Both the position numbers and the translations under genes were made by a program. Positions 51,755-63,627 of a stretch of DNA of 64,000 nt are shown here, piece after piece (position 1 is the stretch's first letter; each line of letters opens with the position of its first letter). The stretch comes from Carcharhinus amblyrhynchos. Lineage: Eukaryota. The DNA is taken from contig OZ336873.1 in the NCBI GenBank assembly GCA_965287045.1, forward strand, positions 44,764,001-44,828,000, read 5' to 3'. Under the pieces are notes generated by a model that saw only the letters and a list, made by a program, of their open reading frames with translations, ran no database searches and was not told the origin of the DNA.

Positions 51755-53486
51755 GTAAGGACCTCTGGTTCACTCACAAACAACATTAATTTCTCACCTT
51801 CCAGTTCTTCAGATTCGTTGAAATAATATCAGTTTGGAGAGAGTGGCTACATGTGTTTCTAGATGACACAAGGAGACACACTACATAACTTTTTTGTTAC
51901 TTAACATGTTCCTGTTTACAAAGAGAAGCTTTCCAGCGGGAGGTCACCATATGTTGAGAGCTCTCAAGTTAACTATTGCAAGAAGTGACTGTACAACCTT
52001 TATTTCCACAAGTTGCTTGACTTACAAAGCTGAATCCTGGGGTCTAAATTCAAGCCTTTGACCATTAATCTTGACTTTACTAAAAATAAAACCATTTTAA
52101 ACAAAGACTGAAGTGTAAACAAAGACGGGAAGACAAAATTGTCCTTTTCTGGTCTCAATCTCCTCAACCCACAATGTTTCTCACAGAAGAGTTGTCCAAG
52201 TGACCTCCTAACCCTCTAAGGCCTCATGTACTGCTCTCCCCCACCTGACTGTTCAGCTGCATTGCCACATGGTTTCCACCCTATGTACAGGTCTTGGTAC
52301 AACACTGCGCTAGCCCAAGCAAAACTGTTTGGTTCCATTCCAGATCTTAAAATGGTTTCAGTGATTGTGATGATTTTGCCTGGATCATGTGGATAGAGAT
52401 GCAGTGCCAAGATGTATGGGTGCTTATTGACCTGTGGTATGAATAAATCATGTCAAACTTGGGCTCTGCATAAAAGGAAGTAATGAAAAACTGCTGCACA
52501 GAATGAAAATTGGACATATTGCAAACTCAGAACATTAGAACCAAATTGGGGGTGATGGGGCGAAATCATCCAGCATATTGTACATCTCACCTTAGTTGCT
52601 TACAGTATGATGGTACTCTCCTTTACAGAAAACTTAGATTTCTTGCTGGGGTAAAAGTCCCACAGGTACTAATTGTTTGAACTTACCAGGAAAGATAAGA
52701 GCATCAGTAGGTGGTAAAGAGCCCCTCTGCACCTTAGTAAATTTGCTAGTCTTTAACGTCAAACAGCACCTTCACATCTAAGGATTAGTTGTCAAGCTGT
52801 TCATTTTCTGATGATCTCTTAATGGCGTGGGAATGTTTTATCGGTGAATATCCAGTTACCAAATTAGGTAGCAGAAAACATTCTGATGATTCACAACTGT
52901 TTTATTGATACTGAAGTTCAGTGTAAACACTGGCTTCCACTCTTCCCTTTTGGATCCTCTTCCTGTCCAGAAGCCAAATGTCTACTGGGGGTAAAAACAG
53001 CTCATAAGTATAAGCTTCAGTGACTATCACCTGCTCTCAGTTCACTCTCAAGCAAGACCTGGTTTACTCTTAAAGGGATATGCATTTCTAACATTATCAG
53101 GGAAGGCAGACCCACAGTAAATTTGTATTCGCCCCCCCCACCCTCCCCCTCCAATGAAGGACAAGGAAAATGTTCTTTTTTTTAAAGATGCAAGAAGAAA
53201 TATTTGAGGTTAGGGAAGAAAGAAATTTCAGGAGCAGATCTTAATCTGGGTTTCCACGATGGTTGAGTCATTCTGTTGCCCTACTACAGCTTCAAAAACA
53301 CTCAGCGTTACAGTGCTTTTGTCTATGTATTAACACAGTGAACAAAACAGCACTCAAAGCAGCAATAGCAATATGCAGTGCTTCATCCATAAAGAGGGAG
53401 GGATTGCACAGGACATTTTTGGTTTTAGTAAGAACTGTTCTGGAAAGTTGTGAAGCATCAACAACATTTATCTGTTAATTTTGCAG

Positions 53487-53635
53487 GTAACGGAGCTGAA
53501 AAGCCTGGCAAATCATGTCATAGTTGGCAACGTCTCCTGTGAAACAAAAGATTTGTTTGCAGCCCTGCCTCAGTCTGTTGCTGTGGATATCAATGATCTG
53601 GGAACTATTAAACTCAGTCTAGAGGTCATTTGGAA
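53487..53635 (+). CDS. RIPOR1: RIPOR1 coding exon 10 ([49 protein letters not shown])
   Basis: ttgcag acceptor, gtaagt donor, 149 nt, phase 0/2. Confidence 0.96.
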
Positions 53636-54039
53636 GTAAGTCTTTCATAGTTTAAAAATCAGATGAGATTAGTCTTTTGTAGCATGTTCATGGCACGGAA
53701 AATGCTTTGTCCACAGCAAAACTTGTAAGAATATTAGATAATCAAAGGACTACTTTTATCTGGCTACAATGGACCCTTTCAATTGCACTCTGCTACAAGC
53801 TCTGCTTTGATTTTTACAAAAAGTGTGTCATTCAGAATTATTGCACTACTGCAGAGGACCCGTGTTAGAGTTTAACTTGTTTTATGCAGTTTTAAATAGA
53901 ATGATGCATATTTATCCACAAGTCAACAAAACTCTTGCCGAACATGTAAAGAAAGGCTAAAAAAAAAATCCGGTTGCTCTCCCCACACTGACAATGCATG
54001 GTGCACCCCTCCTCTGCAGTCATACAAGTAAAAAGCCTT

Positions 54040-54720
54040 GCCTTACCACCCCTTCCCTTGGGAAATCGTGCAAAGTTGAGAAGACAGCAGTGATTGGTAC
54101 CCCAACTCTTTCCTGCTAGCCCACCTATCTTTTAATGATGCGAGAATTTCCACCCTTGGGAAATCTTCCTGCTCCACTTTGTGGATTTGCTGCACAATTT
54201 TCATTCTATGCACTGGCCACTTATTCCAGAAGCTGATAACTCTTGTGAAAAAAAAGTAACACCCTGGCATCCAGCATAAGTATTGTGGCTAGTCCCCGAC
54301 CTTGCTTATCAATCTCTAGTAACTTAGTCCACATTGGCAGAACTAAATTGCTTCATAATTTTAAGTATCTCTATCTTGCCTCTTTTGAAGCCTACATTTT
54401 TCCAAGGATAAAAAGCCCCATCTCTTCAAATCTGTCCTGCTAATTTGCGGCCCTTAAACTAGGGGCTAAAAGTCCTTAACCAATTGGGTGGCCCTCCTTC
54501 AAACCTTTTCCATAATGTTGTTATCCCCATAATTCAAAGGACCCAAAACCATATACTATAAGGTGGCTACACTAGGTACGAGTAGGACTTCTAGTTTGAT
54601 AGTTAATTGTCCTACCTATGCATTCTAATACTACATTCACTTTCACTACAGTACTGTCTATCTAGCTGCGTAATGAGCAGCTCCAATAAGAATAGGACTA
54701 AAAGTCCCAACTGTAAACCT
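54040..54720 (-). mobile_element. Old CR1-like LINE 3' fragment
   Basis: Minus ORF FFFTRVISFWNKWP resembles CR1 FFTQRVVNLWNSLP. Confidence 0.55.
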
Positions 54721-54782
54721 TTCAACTCACCGAGATCAAGATTATTTTCAGTACTTTGTAATCAAATCCCAATTCAGAATTA

Positions 54783-54970
54783 AAAAGAAAAACAGGAATT
54801 GCTAGAAACACTCAGTAAGAAAAGACAGCATCCATGGAGAAAAAGAGTTATGTTTCTAGTTGACCTTTCATCAGACTAGAACTATAACTCTCCACAGCCC
54901 TGTCTGACCTGCCGTCTGCAGCATTTTCTGTTTTATTTAAGGTTTCCAGCACTTGCACTATTTTGTTTTG
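54783..54970. mobile_element. Penelope-like hairpin element (second family)
   Basis: aaaacaggaattgct... / ...agcattttctgtttt inverted ends; minus strand CTGATGAAAGGTCAACTAGAAAC. Confidence 0.55.
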
Positions 54971-56529
54971 GCCCAGTTAATAATTGCTCTTCAATACTTT
55001 GGGACTTTATTCAAGAGCAATCCATGACTTTGGCTTTACTCAAGCTTTTCTTAGTGCTTTTCTTGGGTACTAGATTTAATTGCTCAGGGATTTTAGAAGC
55101 AGAAGAGGAGCTGAACATTATTGATTATTTTTGCTTTGTTCTAAAGTGCATTAAGGAAAGGGACTTAAATCAACTGACCAAAAAGACTTTATGCCAGCAG
55201 GCTCAGGTAGTGCATGAGGGAAATGGAATAGGGTAATTTGAAATATGGAGCTATTCAAATGTTACAAGTACATAAACATTAAGATTATCAGAGACATTTT
55301 TTAAACCCCAGTGCCTGCAATATGAATAATTTCATTTAAGTGTAATATTCTTCTCTCCTCGTGCCTTGTCAGGATACAATTGTGTTGTTGCCATCGTCAC
55401 CCCCGATTTTAAGCCAATTGTTATTCCCTCTTGTTTCTGGTTTATATCAGTTCACTGAGTACTAGATTTGGGATTGAACCTAGGACTTTTCCATTCATTT
55501 ATTAACTAGATAAACTTGACATGTGTTCCTGTTAGGAATTGTATGTTGTAAATTTAAACTTGGTGAACATCAGTCAGCTAATAAAGTAGTTCACTTAAGA
55601 ATGGCATGGCTGTGGGTTTGGGGATTTCTGAACTCCACTCACTAAAACTGTTAATTGTGAAGTGCAAGGTTTTATTGCCTTGCTTTCCTGACATGGATTA
55701 TCTCTGCTTTTTTTTCAGTCATTATGTGCTTCTTTTATAGTTAACACTTGATTAGCCCCATAACATTTAGATTAGATCTTGAATGAGAGTTGGTTGTTAA
55801 AGTGACTTTAAGATTTGGGAATTGTGGCCTGAGGACCCTCTGATATGAATCGAATAAGAACTATAGATATTAGCTTCTTTCTGTGTCTGAGAGAATTTAA
55901 GCAATACTCAAGCGGATAAAGATTTATGTGTCCTTTTATAAAGGCCTCCAATACTCTCTCCAAACATTGTGTTTCAGTCTATATTGATGCTCATTGTTAT
56001 GATGTTCATAACAATGTGACAATGTTGCATTGTTAAATAAAAAGCTTTGAAGAAAATGCTTGACTGCACGCCACCCGCCCCCGCACACCTCCATTTGCAA
56101 GTAACTTATATCCCTTACTTGAATAGTTCAGACCGATTTATTTATTATTGCCCTTCCTGTCATTTGTTTGTAATATTACTTTTAGTGCTTTTATATACAA
56201 GGCTCATCAGTTACAATCTGCATCACTGGCGGCAGTTCTCTAAGTGTAGGGTTGAAGTAAGGACCTTTTTGAATAATTAACTGCACCTTTCCCATGGCGG
56301 CTGCTGGGGGTCTATGCCAATTGTTTTTGGCAAGATGGTGCCTTCCCTCACTCTCTGGGTAGAAATGTAATACTAAAGCACGGGGGTGGGGGGAGGGGTC
56401 ATTTGGCACTGACACTGAATCTTGGTGCTGGTGAGAATGTTTATTTGAAAGTTCATGGGTTTCCTTGGCTCGTAATTTGGAATCTTTAACAAAATTGAAG
56501 CAGTCTTGAGTATTTGGGATTAGTATTAC

Positions 56530-57186
56530 ATGCCAGGATATTTTGGATGGCAGGGTTTGCTTTCCTGCCATTTGAGGAGTTGGCAGCAAGCACTTCTGCC
56601 CCATGGCTATTTCACGCTCCAAGGAACATTAATTAGCTAGAGGCAGGAGTTCTGCCCCCTGGGAGAAAGTCATGCCTTGAAGAACTGCCGGCCAATCTGG
56701 TTGGAATCTCTCTAGTCCCTGCAGCACCAGAAGCTGGATTATATAAGACTGGAAGTAGAAGCAGTCCCAGGAGTCCATGACCAGGTATCCTGGCGGGGTT
56801 TCAGGATGGGGAAGATAGGTGAGACCTGGGGGAGGGGAGAGAGTGCGGTTAGAGTGTTGGGCAGAGACTGAGGGGCTGGCAGGGAGTAATGGAAGGAGTC
56901 CATGCAAGAGTCGAACCTTGTGGAAATGGGGATGCCTAATACTGATGGAGCTGCACCTCCTTCCTGCCTGAGGCCTAAATGGGGTTAATTGTCAGACCAC
57001 CTGCGCCCAACCCCGAACTTCTTCCAACAACTTAAATGGGGGTGGGGGAGGTGCAGTGTGGTTGGGGATATCAAATTGCATTAGGATAGGTGGGAACCTG
57101 GTGGGCAGGCCCTCTGAAAAATGTTCTGGTATCCTCTACCACCACTTACTTTCCCCTGATTTTGTGGGTTTGTAAAATTCTGCCTC
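56530..57186. repeat. GC-rich interspersed element with short inverted termini
   Basis: gccaggatatttt ... gtaaaattctgcc ends; same architecture as 24690-25570. Confidence 0.35.
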
Positions 57187-58489
57187 TGTGTTAGCTCCCC
57201 ACATGCTTTCCTCACTGTGGCTTTGAAATTTCAATTTTTGATGTGGAAATTAGATTCTAGAATTAATAATGTTGGCCAAAGGTGGGTATGTGGAATTAGT
57301 TTACATGATCAGCCATGATGGTAGCAAAACAAGCTTGAGGAGCTGAATGGCTTGCTTATTTCCGCGTTCCTGTGGTAAGTTGTGTAAATCTTGCAGTTAG
57401 TTAGATCCCAGTGTGGCGTAGTTTGTTGCAGAAAAAAATCAAAAACATAATCATCCTTTAATCAGCATAAGTTGAATTCTTTTCCCCCAGATGTGACAGA
57501 GCATCCAGTGCTTGTATTTGACCTAGTGTTGGTCAAATGGCCAATCCTAGGGAATATGCTGAACCACTTCATTTGTGCCAGTTGTTAGCTGCAGAGCAAT
57601 GGCCACTTTCAGAAGACTTTCCAACTCTGAGTGCATTGAATTCAATGTTAGACAATCAAATCCCAATCTCTACACACACTTTTTTGTATCCTATTTGAAC
57701 TGAAACACTCTATTAGTCAAAGATTACTTGAGAAATTAAAGTACTGAAAAAATGACTTTTGTGAACTTACAGAATAATTTAAAATATTCAGCATAGCTCT
57801 GCTTAACTTTGTTATCAACTTTGCTCTGATTGGCATCAGCTCTTTGTGAGGATGTGACTAACTTTTCCTTTTATTAATGGGTGTGTTGGGATTGGTTGAT
57901 ATGTTTATGTCCATGTATATTCCTGCCTCCCCCCTTGAGTTACTTTTTTTAAAGAGTTTGATCAAGCTTGACAAACCAACTCTGGACAAAGGTCTGCTAA
58001 AACATGCTCAGAAATTTACACATCTCACTGTGAATACAAGAAATATTCCATAATCACTATGCTACTTACACTACTGAATCCATGACTTTGCAAGCAGATA
58101 TTGCCCCTTCAAAAGGCTCAGGTTTAAATGTCGCATTCAGTCTTTCACTTTTCTTTCAATGTATGAATTTCTCCATGCCTTTAAGATGTTTTCCCTTGTG
58201 TAACTGAGCCATTCATCTAGGGAAACTGCAAGTCAGTCCGTGATCTGTGTCATATTTGGGATGAGCTTCATTAAAGCAGTATTCAGCATGTTCTAGTTGG
58301 CCCTGGATTAGCGAGAACGAGCTGAATGGGGAGAGGGTGCGGAATTGACAGTCCATGCTGGTGAGAGTTTGTGTGTGTGTGTCTCTTCAGTACAGGAAGT
58401 AAGAAAACAAAAGGAAACTCTTCCTTTTTATTCCATACTCAGTAAAATATTGAAAAAAGGATCTTATTGTCATAAATAAGAGAGCCTTA

Positions 58490-58875
58490 GATCTTTGTGG
58501 CACCTTTCACAGTTTCAGAATGTCTCAAAACACTTCATAACCATAAAGTATAATCACTGTTTTGATGTAGGGGAATCATGGCAATCAGTTGCTCAGTAAG
58601 AAACTTCAGTGGAGTGAATGACTAACTAAGCTGTTACTGATATGGTTTGAGGAACACATACTGGTCAGGATACTGGCAGGGCTCCCTGATTCTTCATATG
58701 TCCTGAGACAGCAAATGATTTGGCAAATCATCTGGAAGGTAGTACCTGGGACAACAGAACTCTCCTTCAGCATTGCATGAAGCATTATGTCCAGCATAAT
58801 GTACTCAACTGTAGTGAAGCTTAAACCCACAACTGTCTGACTCCCATGGCCAGGTACTACATGTACTGACTCTAA
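58490..58875 (-). mobile_element. SacSINE1-like DeuSINE, decayed
   Basis: Collinear with 13525-13912. Confidence 0.6.
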
Positions 58876-59137
58876 CCATTCTCCATTAATGCTGTCACCC
58901 AGGATTATATTTCTGCATCTTCCAGTGGAATTGCTACCCAGCATTAATTACTGGTAGAAGGAAGCAACAGTTTGTTTAATATTAGACACCTGCACTAATC
59001 CCAGAGCAGCTTACCATGTTCTGAATCCCAAGGTTAGAACGTGTGGAAAATATCTTAGCAAGGAAGTCATTCTACTATGTCTTAAATGCCAGCGATGTCT
59101 GTGTATCGTGTCTTATTTACCTTGTGTTCTCTTTTAG

Positions 59138-59267
59138 TCCATTTGACAAAGATGATCAAACATCTGCTGCAAGTACTGTCAACAAAGTGCCCACTGTGAA
59201 CAAGCGATTCTCCACCTACAACCAAAGTCCACCAGATACCCCATCCCTGCGGGAACAGGCCTTTTAT
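59138..59267 (+). CDS. RIPOR1: RIPOR1 coding exon 11 (PFDKDDQTSAASTVNKVPTVNKRFSTYNQSPPDTPSLREQAFY)
   Basis: ttttag acceptor, gtaagt donor, 130 nt, phase 2/0; this segment matches RIPOR1 rather than RIPOR2 or RIPOR3 as I recall them. Confidence 0.95.
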
Positions 59268-60080
59268 GTAAGTCTCTGTACAAGTGTATTCTGTTGTGGA
59301 TATCCTGAATGTAAGGATGCTTTGCACAATCGCCCAGTTTGGTATATTCCTTGAAATGTGTGAAGTGTTTTCCTTGTGATCCAAACTGCAGTCTTGCTTA
59401 GTACAACCCAGTCGTTCTGTTGTTTTAATTTTACAATCTGAAGACCAATGCCTTGGTTCAGATTTGACTCTGGGCAGCTTAGTATTAATATGGACCTGCT
59501 GTGGAGTAGGGTCAACAGCTATGACAGAGTTTGAAAAGGACTGTGTGCGCACTTATGGAAGAAAAGGGAAAGAGTCATCCTCATGTATACTCCACACAGT
59601 AAAATCATTGATTATCCTTCATAAACATGTCTACGATTTCAATGCACCTCAGGAACAGAGAACCTTTCACTCTGGCTGTATGGCTTGCACATTCTTAGCT
59701 CCAAGTTGTCATAGTGACGGAGGAACTAGAGAGGGGAGGAAAGGGCTGGCTGGCTAACAAAAGAAAAGCAGTATCAGAGAAGAGTGACACGAGAGAGAGA
59801 GCTATATTCTGACTGAAGCTGTTAATAAATTACAACAGTCGGATCTACTTGTGCAGCCAGAGACACTAAGGTGTGTAATTCAGGAGGTAGCTAACATGTT
59901 TACTGACTGCTGCCGCAAATCATAATTCTCTATTTTTAACCAGTTATTTAAGTTGTAAGGTTGCCATTTTATTTCTTGGCCTCATGGTATTAGAGATGTA
60001 CTCTCACCAGATAATGCTAGAAAATGAATCTCTGTTTAAAGTCTTCAATATCAGAGAACTGAAATTGAACTTCTTGGTTC

Positions 60081-60665
60081 CACTTTTCAGTTTCTGAATG
60101 TTAGAAGTTAAGCAGCTAAAGAACTATTTATTATACACAAGTTGATGCTTTGGATGGACAGGAATGTTACTTCACATACTATTATCTGAAGGTACAAAGC
60201 GACTAAATAGCTGTGGGCTAATGGCTGTGGCACAGGTGTTACTGGCCTCTGTATGCATGGTTATTCCTATTAGAAACAGCCTAACCTACCTTCTGATCTT
60301 CCTGTCCCATTTGTTTTGTCTCTGAGCATCATTTGAGAATGTTTAGCTTATTGATTTGCTTTAATTTCAGTTTGTGAAGCCATTGTTTAGTTTAGGCCCC
60401 TCCAAGGAACTGTCTGCATCCTTTCTTCACTTTCTGAAATGGCTTTAATACTTCCACTTTCTGAAAATGGCTCATGGTCTGGTAGCTTCTGTGATGATTA
60501 GAATGGTGCCCCCACCCCGGCTATTAGCCCATAGCTGTTTAGTTACTTTGTACCTTCCAGAAAGTAGTATGTGAAGAAACATTCTTGTCCATCAATAGCA
60601 TCAACTCATGCATAATAAACAGTTCTTTAGCTGCCTAATTTCTAACCTTTAGAAATTGAAAAATG
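60081..60665. repeat. Long inverted repeat (arms about 60081-60226 and 60519-60665), foldback/MITE-like
   Basis: gcagctaaagaactatttattat...ggtacaaagcgactaaatagctgtgggctaat pairs with attagcccatagctgtttagttactttgtacc...ataataaacagttctttagctgc. Confidence 0.85.
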
Positions 60666-60824
60666 CAGCCTGAAATCTGAGACTTCATTCTGAGATTGTG
60701 CAGCCTTAAACATAGTTTTTTTTCACGTTTGTGGCAATAAATTTCTTGATTTTTGTTGGAAATATAGTTGGCATGTATATGCAGGAAAAGGGATCTCTTC
60801 AGCTTTATAACTAAATTTTGATTC

Positions 60825-61030
60825 ATTCATGGGATGTGGCAAAGAGCATTTATTACTCTTTCTTAGCTGCTGTTGAGAAAGTAGTGCTGAGCCGTCTTTG
60901 TGTCAATTGAGTGGCTTGTTAGGCAACACCAGAGGGCAATTACAGTCAATCACATTGCTATGGGCTCAGAGTCACATTTGGACCAGACCAGGTAAGGTTA
61001 GCAGATTTCCTTTTTTGCAGGGTGTTAGGA
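60825..61030 (-). mobile_element. Family-B SINE / LINE tail fragment
   Basis: gagtcacatttggaccagaccaggtaaggttagcagatttcc is the reverse complement of the family-B body. Confidence 0.65.
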
Positions 61031-61327
61031 AGAAGGCTGCGCCTGTTGACTAACAGTGGGGGGGGAGTGCAATGGAGGTGATCAGTTACAATTAGACAAA
61101 ACTATATCTCGTTACTTTTCCATTCAAGATTTTGTCTGAGTACAAAATCTAGACTACTAACTCCTCCTTGCATCCCCTTTGGATCACTTAGCAGGTCATT
61201 GCATCATCTGTGGAAAAAGATGCAGTGAATATTTCATCTGGTTTGCTTTGTTCTATGTTGTAGTGAGATCTGTCTGACTACAAGGCCCCCAACCTTACCC
61301 TTTTAACATCCAGGAGGTGGAACCTAC

Positions 61328-63075
61328 TAAGAACATAAGAACCAGGAGCAGGAGTAAGCCATCTGATCCCTCGAGGCTGCTCCGCCATTCTATAAAATCA
61401 TGGCTGATCTTTTTGTGGACTCGGCTCCATTTACCCACCTGCTCACCTTAATTTCTTTACTGTTAAAAAATTTATCTATCCTTGCCTTAAAAACATGTAG
61501 TGAATTAGCCTCAACTATTTCACTGGGCAGGGAATTCCACAGATTCACAACCCTTTGTGTGAAGAAGTTCCTCCTCAACTCAGTCCTAAATCTGCTTCCC
61601 CTTATTTTGAAGCCATGCTCCCTAGTTCTAGTTTCATCTGCCAGTGGAAACAACTTCCTTGCTTCTATCCTATCTATTCCCTTCATAATCTTATATGTCT
61701 CTACAAGATCTCCCCTCATTCTTCTGAATTCTGTCTGCTCCATCTCTCCTCATAAGCCAACTGTCTCAACTCTGGAATCAACCTAGTGAACCTCCTCTGC
61801 ACCCCCTCCAGTACTAGTATATATTTTCTCAAGTAAGGAGATAAAAACTGTACACAGTACTCCACGTGTGGCCTCACCAGCATGTTATACAGCTGCAACA
61901 TAACCTCGTTGTTTTTAAACTCCATCCCTCTAGCAATGAAGGACAAAATTCCATTTGCCTTCTTAATTACCTGCTGCACCTGCAAACCATTCCTTGTGAT
62001 TCTTGCACAAGGATGGCCAGGTCCTTCAATTTTTTACCACTTAAATAATAGTCCATTTACCATTATTCCTACCAAAATGGATGACCTCACATTTACCAAC
62101 ATTGTACTTCATCTGCCAGACTCTCACCCACTCATTTAGACTATCTGTAGGCATTTGCAGACTTTCAACATCCTCTGCACACTTTGCTCTGCCAGTCATC
62201 TAGTGTCATCTGTGAATTTTGACACACTACACTTGGTTCCCAACTCTAAATCATCTTATGTAAATCGTACACAACTGCAGTCCTGAGACACACTACTAGT
62301 CACTGATCGCCAACCAGAAAAACACCCATTTACCTCCACACTTTGCTTTCAGTTGGTTAACCGATCCTCTATCCATGCTAATACATAACCCATAACACCG
62401 CACACCTTTATCTTACGTAGCAATCTTTGGTGCAGCACTTTGTCCGATGCCTTCTGGAAATCCAGATACACCACATCTACAGGTTCCCCATTGTCCACTG
62501 CACGTGTAATGTTCCCAAAGAATTCCACCAAATTAGTTCAAACATGACCTTCCCTTCATGAACCCATGCTGCGTCTTACCAATGGGACAAGTTATATCCA
62601 GATGTCTCGTTATTTCTTCCTTGATGCTAGAATCAAGCATTTTCCCTACTATAAATGTTAAGCTAACTGGCCTATAGTTATCCACCTTTTGTCTACCTTT
62701 TCTAAACAGTGGCATCACATTTTCTGTTTTCCAATCTGCGGGAACCACCCCAGAGTCCAGCGAATTTTGGTAAATTATCAATGGTACATTTTGCTATTTC
62801 TCCTGCCATCTCTTTTAGTACCATGGGATGCATTCCATCAGGACCAGGAGACTTATCTACCTTTAGCCCCATTAACTTGCTCAACCCTACCCTTTTCGTG
62901 ATAATTTCTAGGTCCTCACCTGCCATAGCTGCCTTGTCATCAATTTTTGGCATGTTATTTGTGTCATCCACTGTGAAGACCGACACAAAATACCTGTTCA
63001 ATGCCTCAGCCATTTCCTCATTTCCAGTTATTACATCCCCCTTCTCATTCTCTAAAGGACCAATGTTTACTTTAC
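61328..63075 (-). mobile_element. CR1 LINE 3' ~1.7 kb (RT domain, frameshifted)
   Basis: ORFs DKSPGPDGMHP, NYRPVSLT..QHGFMKGRSCL, VDVVYLDFQKA, LVRPHVEYCVQF, RRNFFTQRVVNLWNSLP; (TAAGAACA) tail. Confidence 0.93.
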
Positions 63076-63154
63076 TTTTCAAAGTAAAGTTAAAACAAGC
63101 CAGGGGCATTGTTCTTTGATTTGTCTGGCTTGGAGTCCTGGCTGAATTCACACT

Positions 63155-63367
63155 GTGAGCCGGGTGTCTCCGCTCACATTGTCTGCATCTTTAAGTCTTG
63201 AATAGCAGATTAGCTTTAAAGAATTGCATTCTAATCAGTATTCTGTAAACTGTGTGTGCCTTTATATGCCCTGTTTGTGATCAGAACTCTCCACTCACCT
63301 GACAAAGGAACAGCGTTCTGAAAGCTTGTGGCGTTTACTATCAAATAAATCTGTTGGACTTCTTACT
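63155..63367 (+). mobile_element. Penelope-like pLTR fragment with hammerhead remnant
   Basis: Similar to 26140-26345; CTGACAA-A-GGAAC-AGC-GTTCT-GAAA-GCTT-GTG from 63299; perfect 13-bp TSD ctgaattcacact at 63142-63154 and 63366-63378. Confidence 0.75.
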
Positions 63368-63627
63368 GAATTCACACTAACAGGTTAAACATTTTATCGC
63401 AAGATGCAGTATTAGTGCATAGACTGATTGAATGTGTCAGTGATATGCTTATCCACTCTTGAGTTTTGAGCTCTGCTTTAGGGCTGCTTCAGTCAGTTTA
63501 CAAATCATCTCCACAGAGTCTTGATGCCATCTCTATGGTGAGGAATGCTGTTCTGAAGGAGTGTTTGATTGAACATGTACTTTGGCCACTGAGCAGATTG
63601 TAACTTGTACTTTTTTGTCTTGTATAG

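Noticed and set aside
59082-59552. 156-aa minus-strand ORF as an antisense gene
   Set aside because: It overlaps RIPOR1 exon 11 in antisense and has no recognisable domain; likely a shadow ORF.
61390-63151. Functional reverse transcriptase gene
   Set aside because: Split into several frames by stops and frameshifts and 5'-truncated; a dead CR1 copy.
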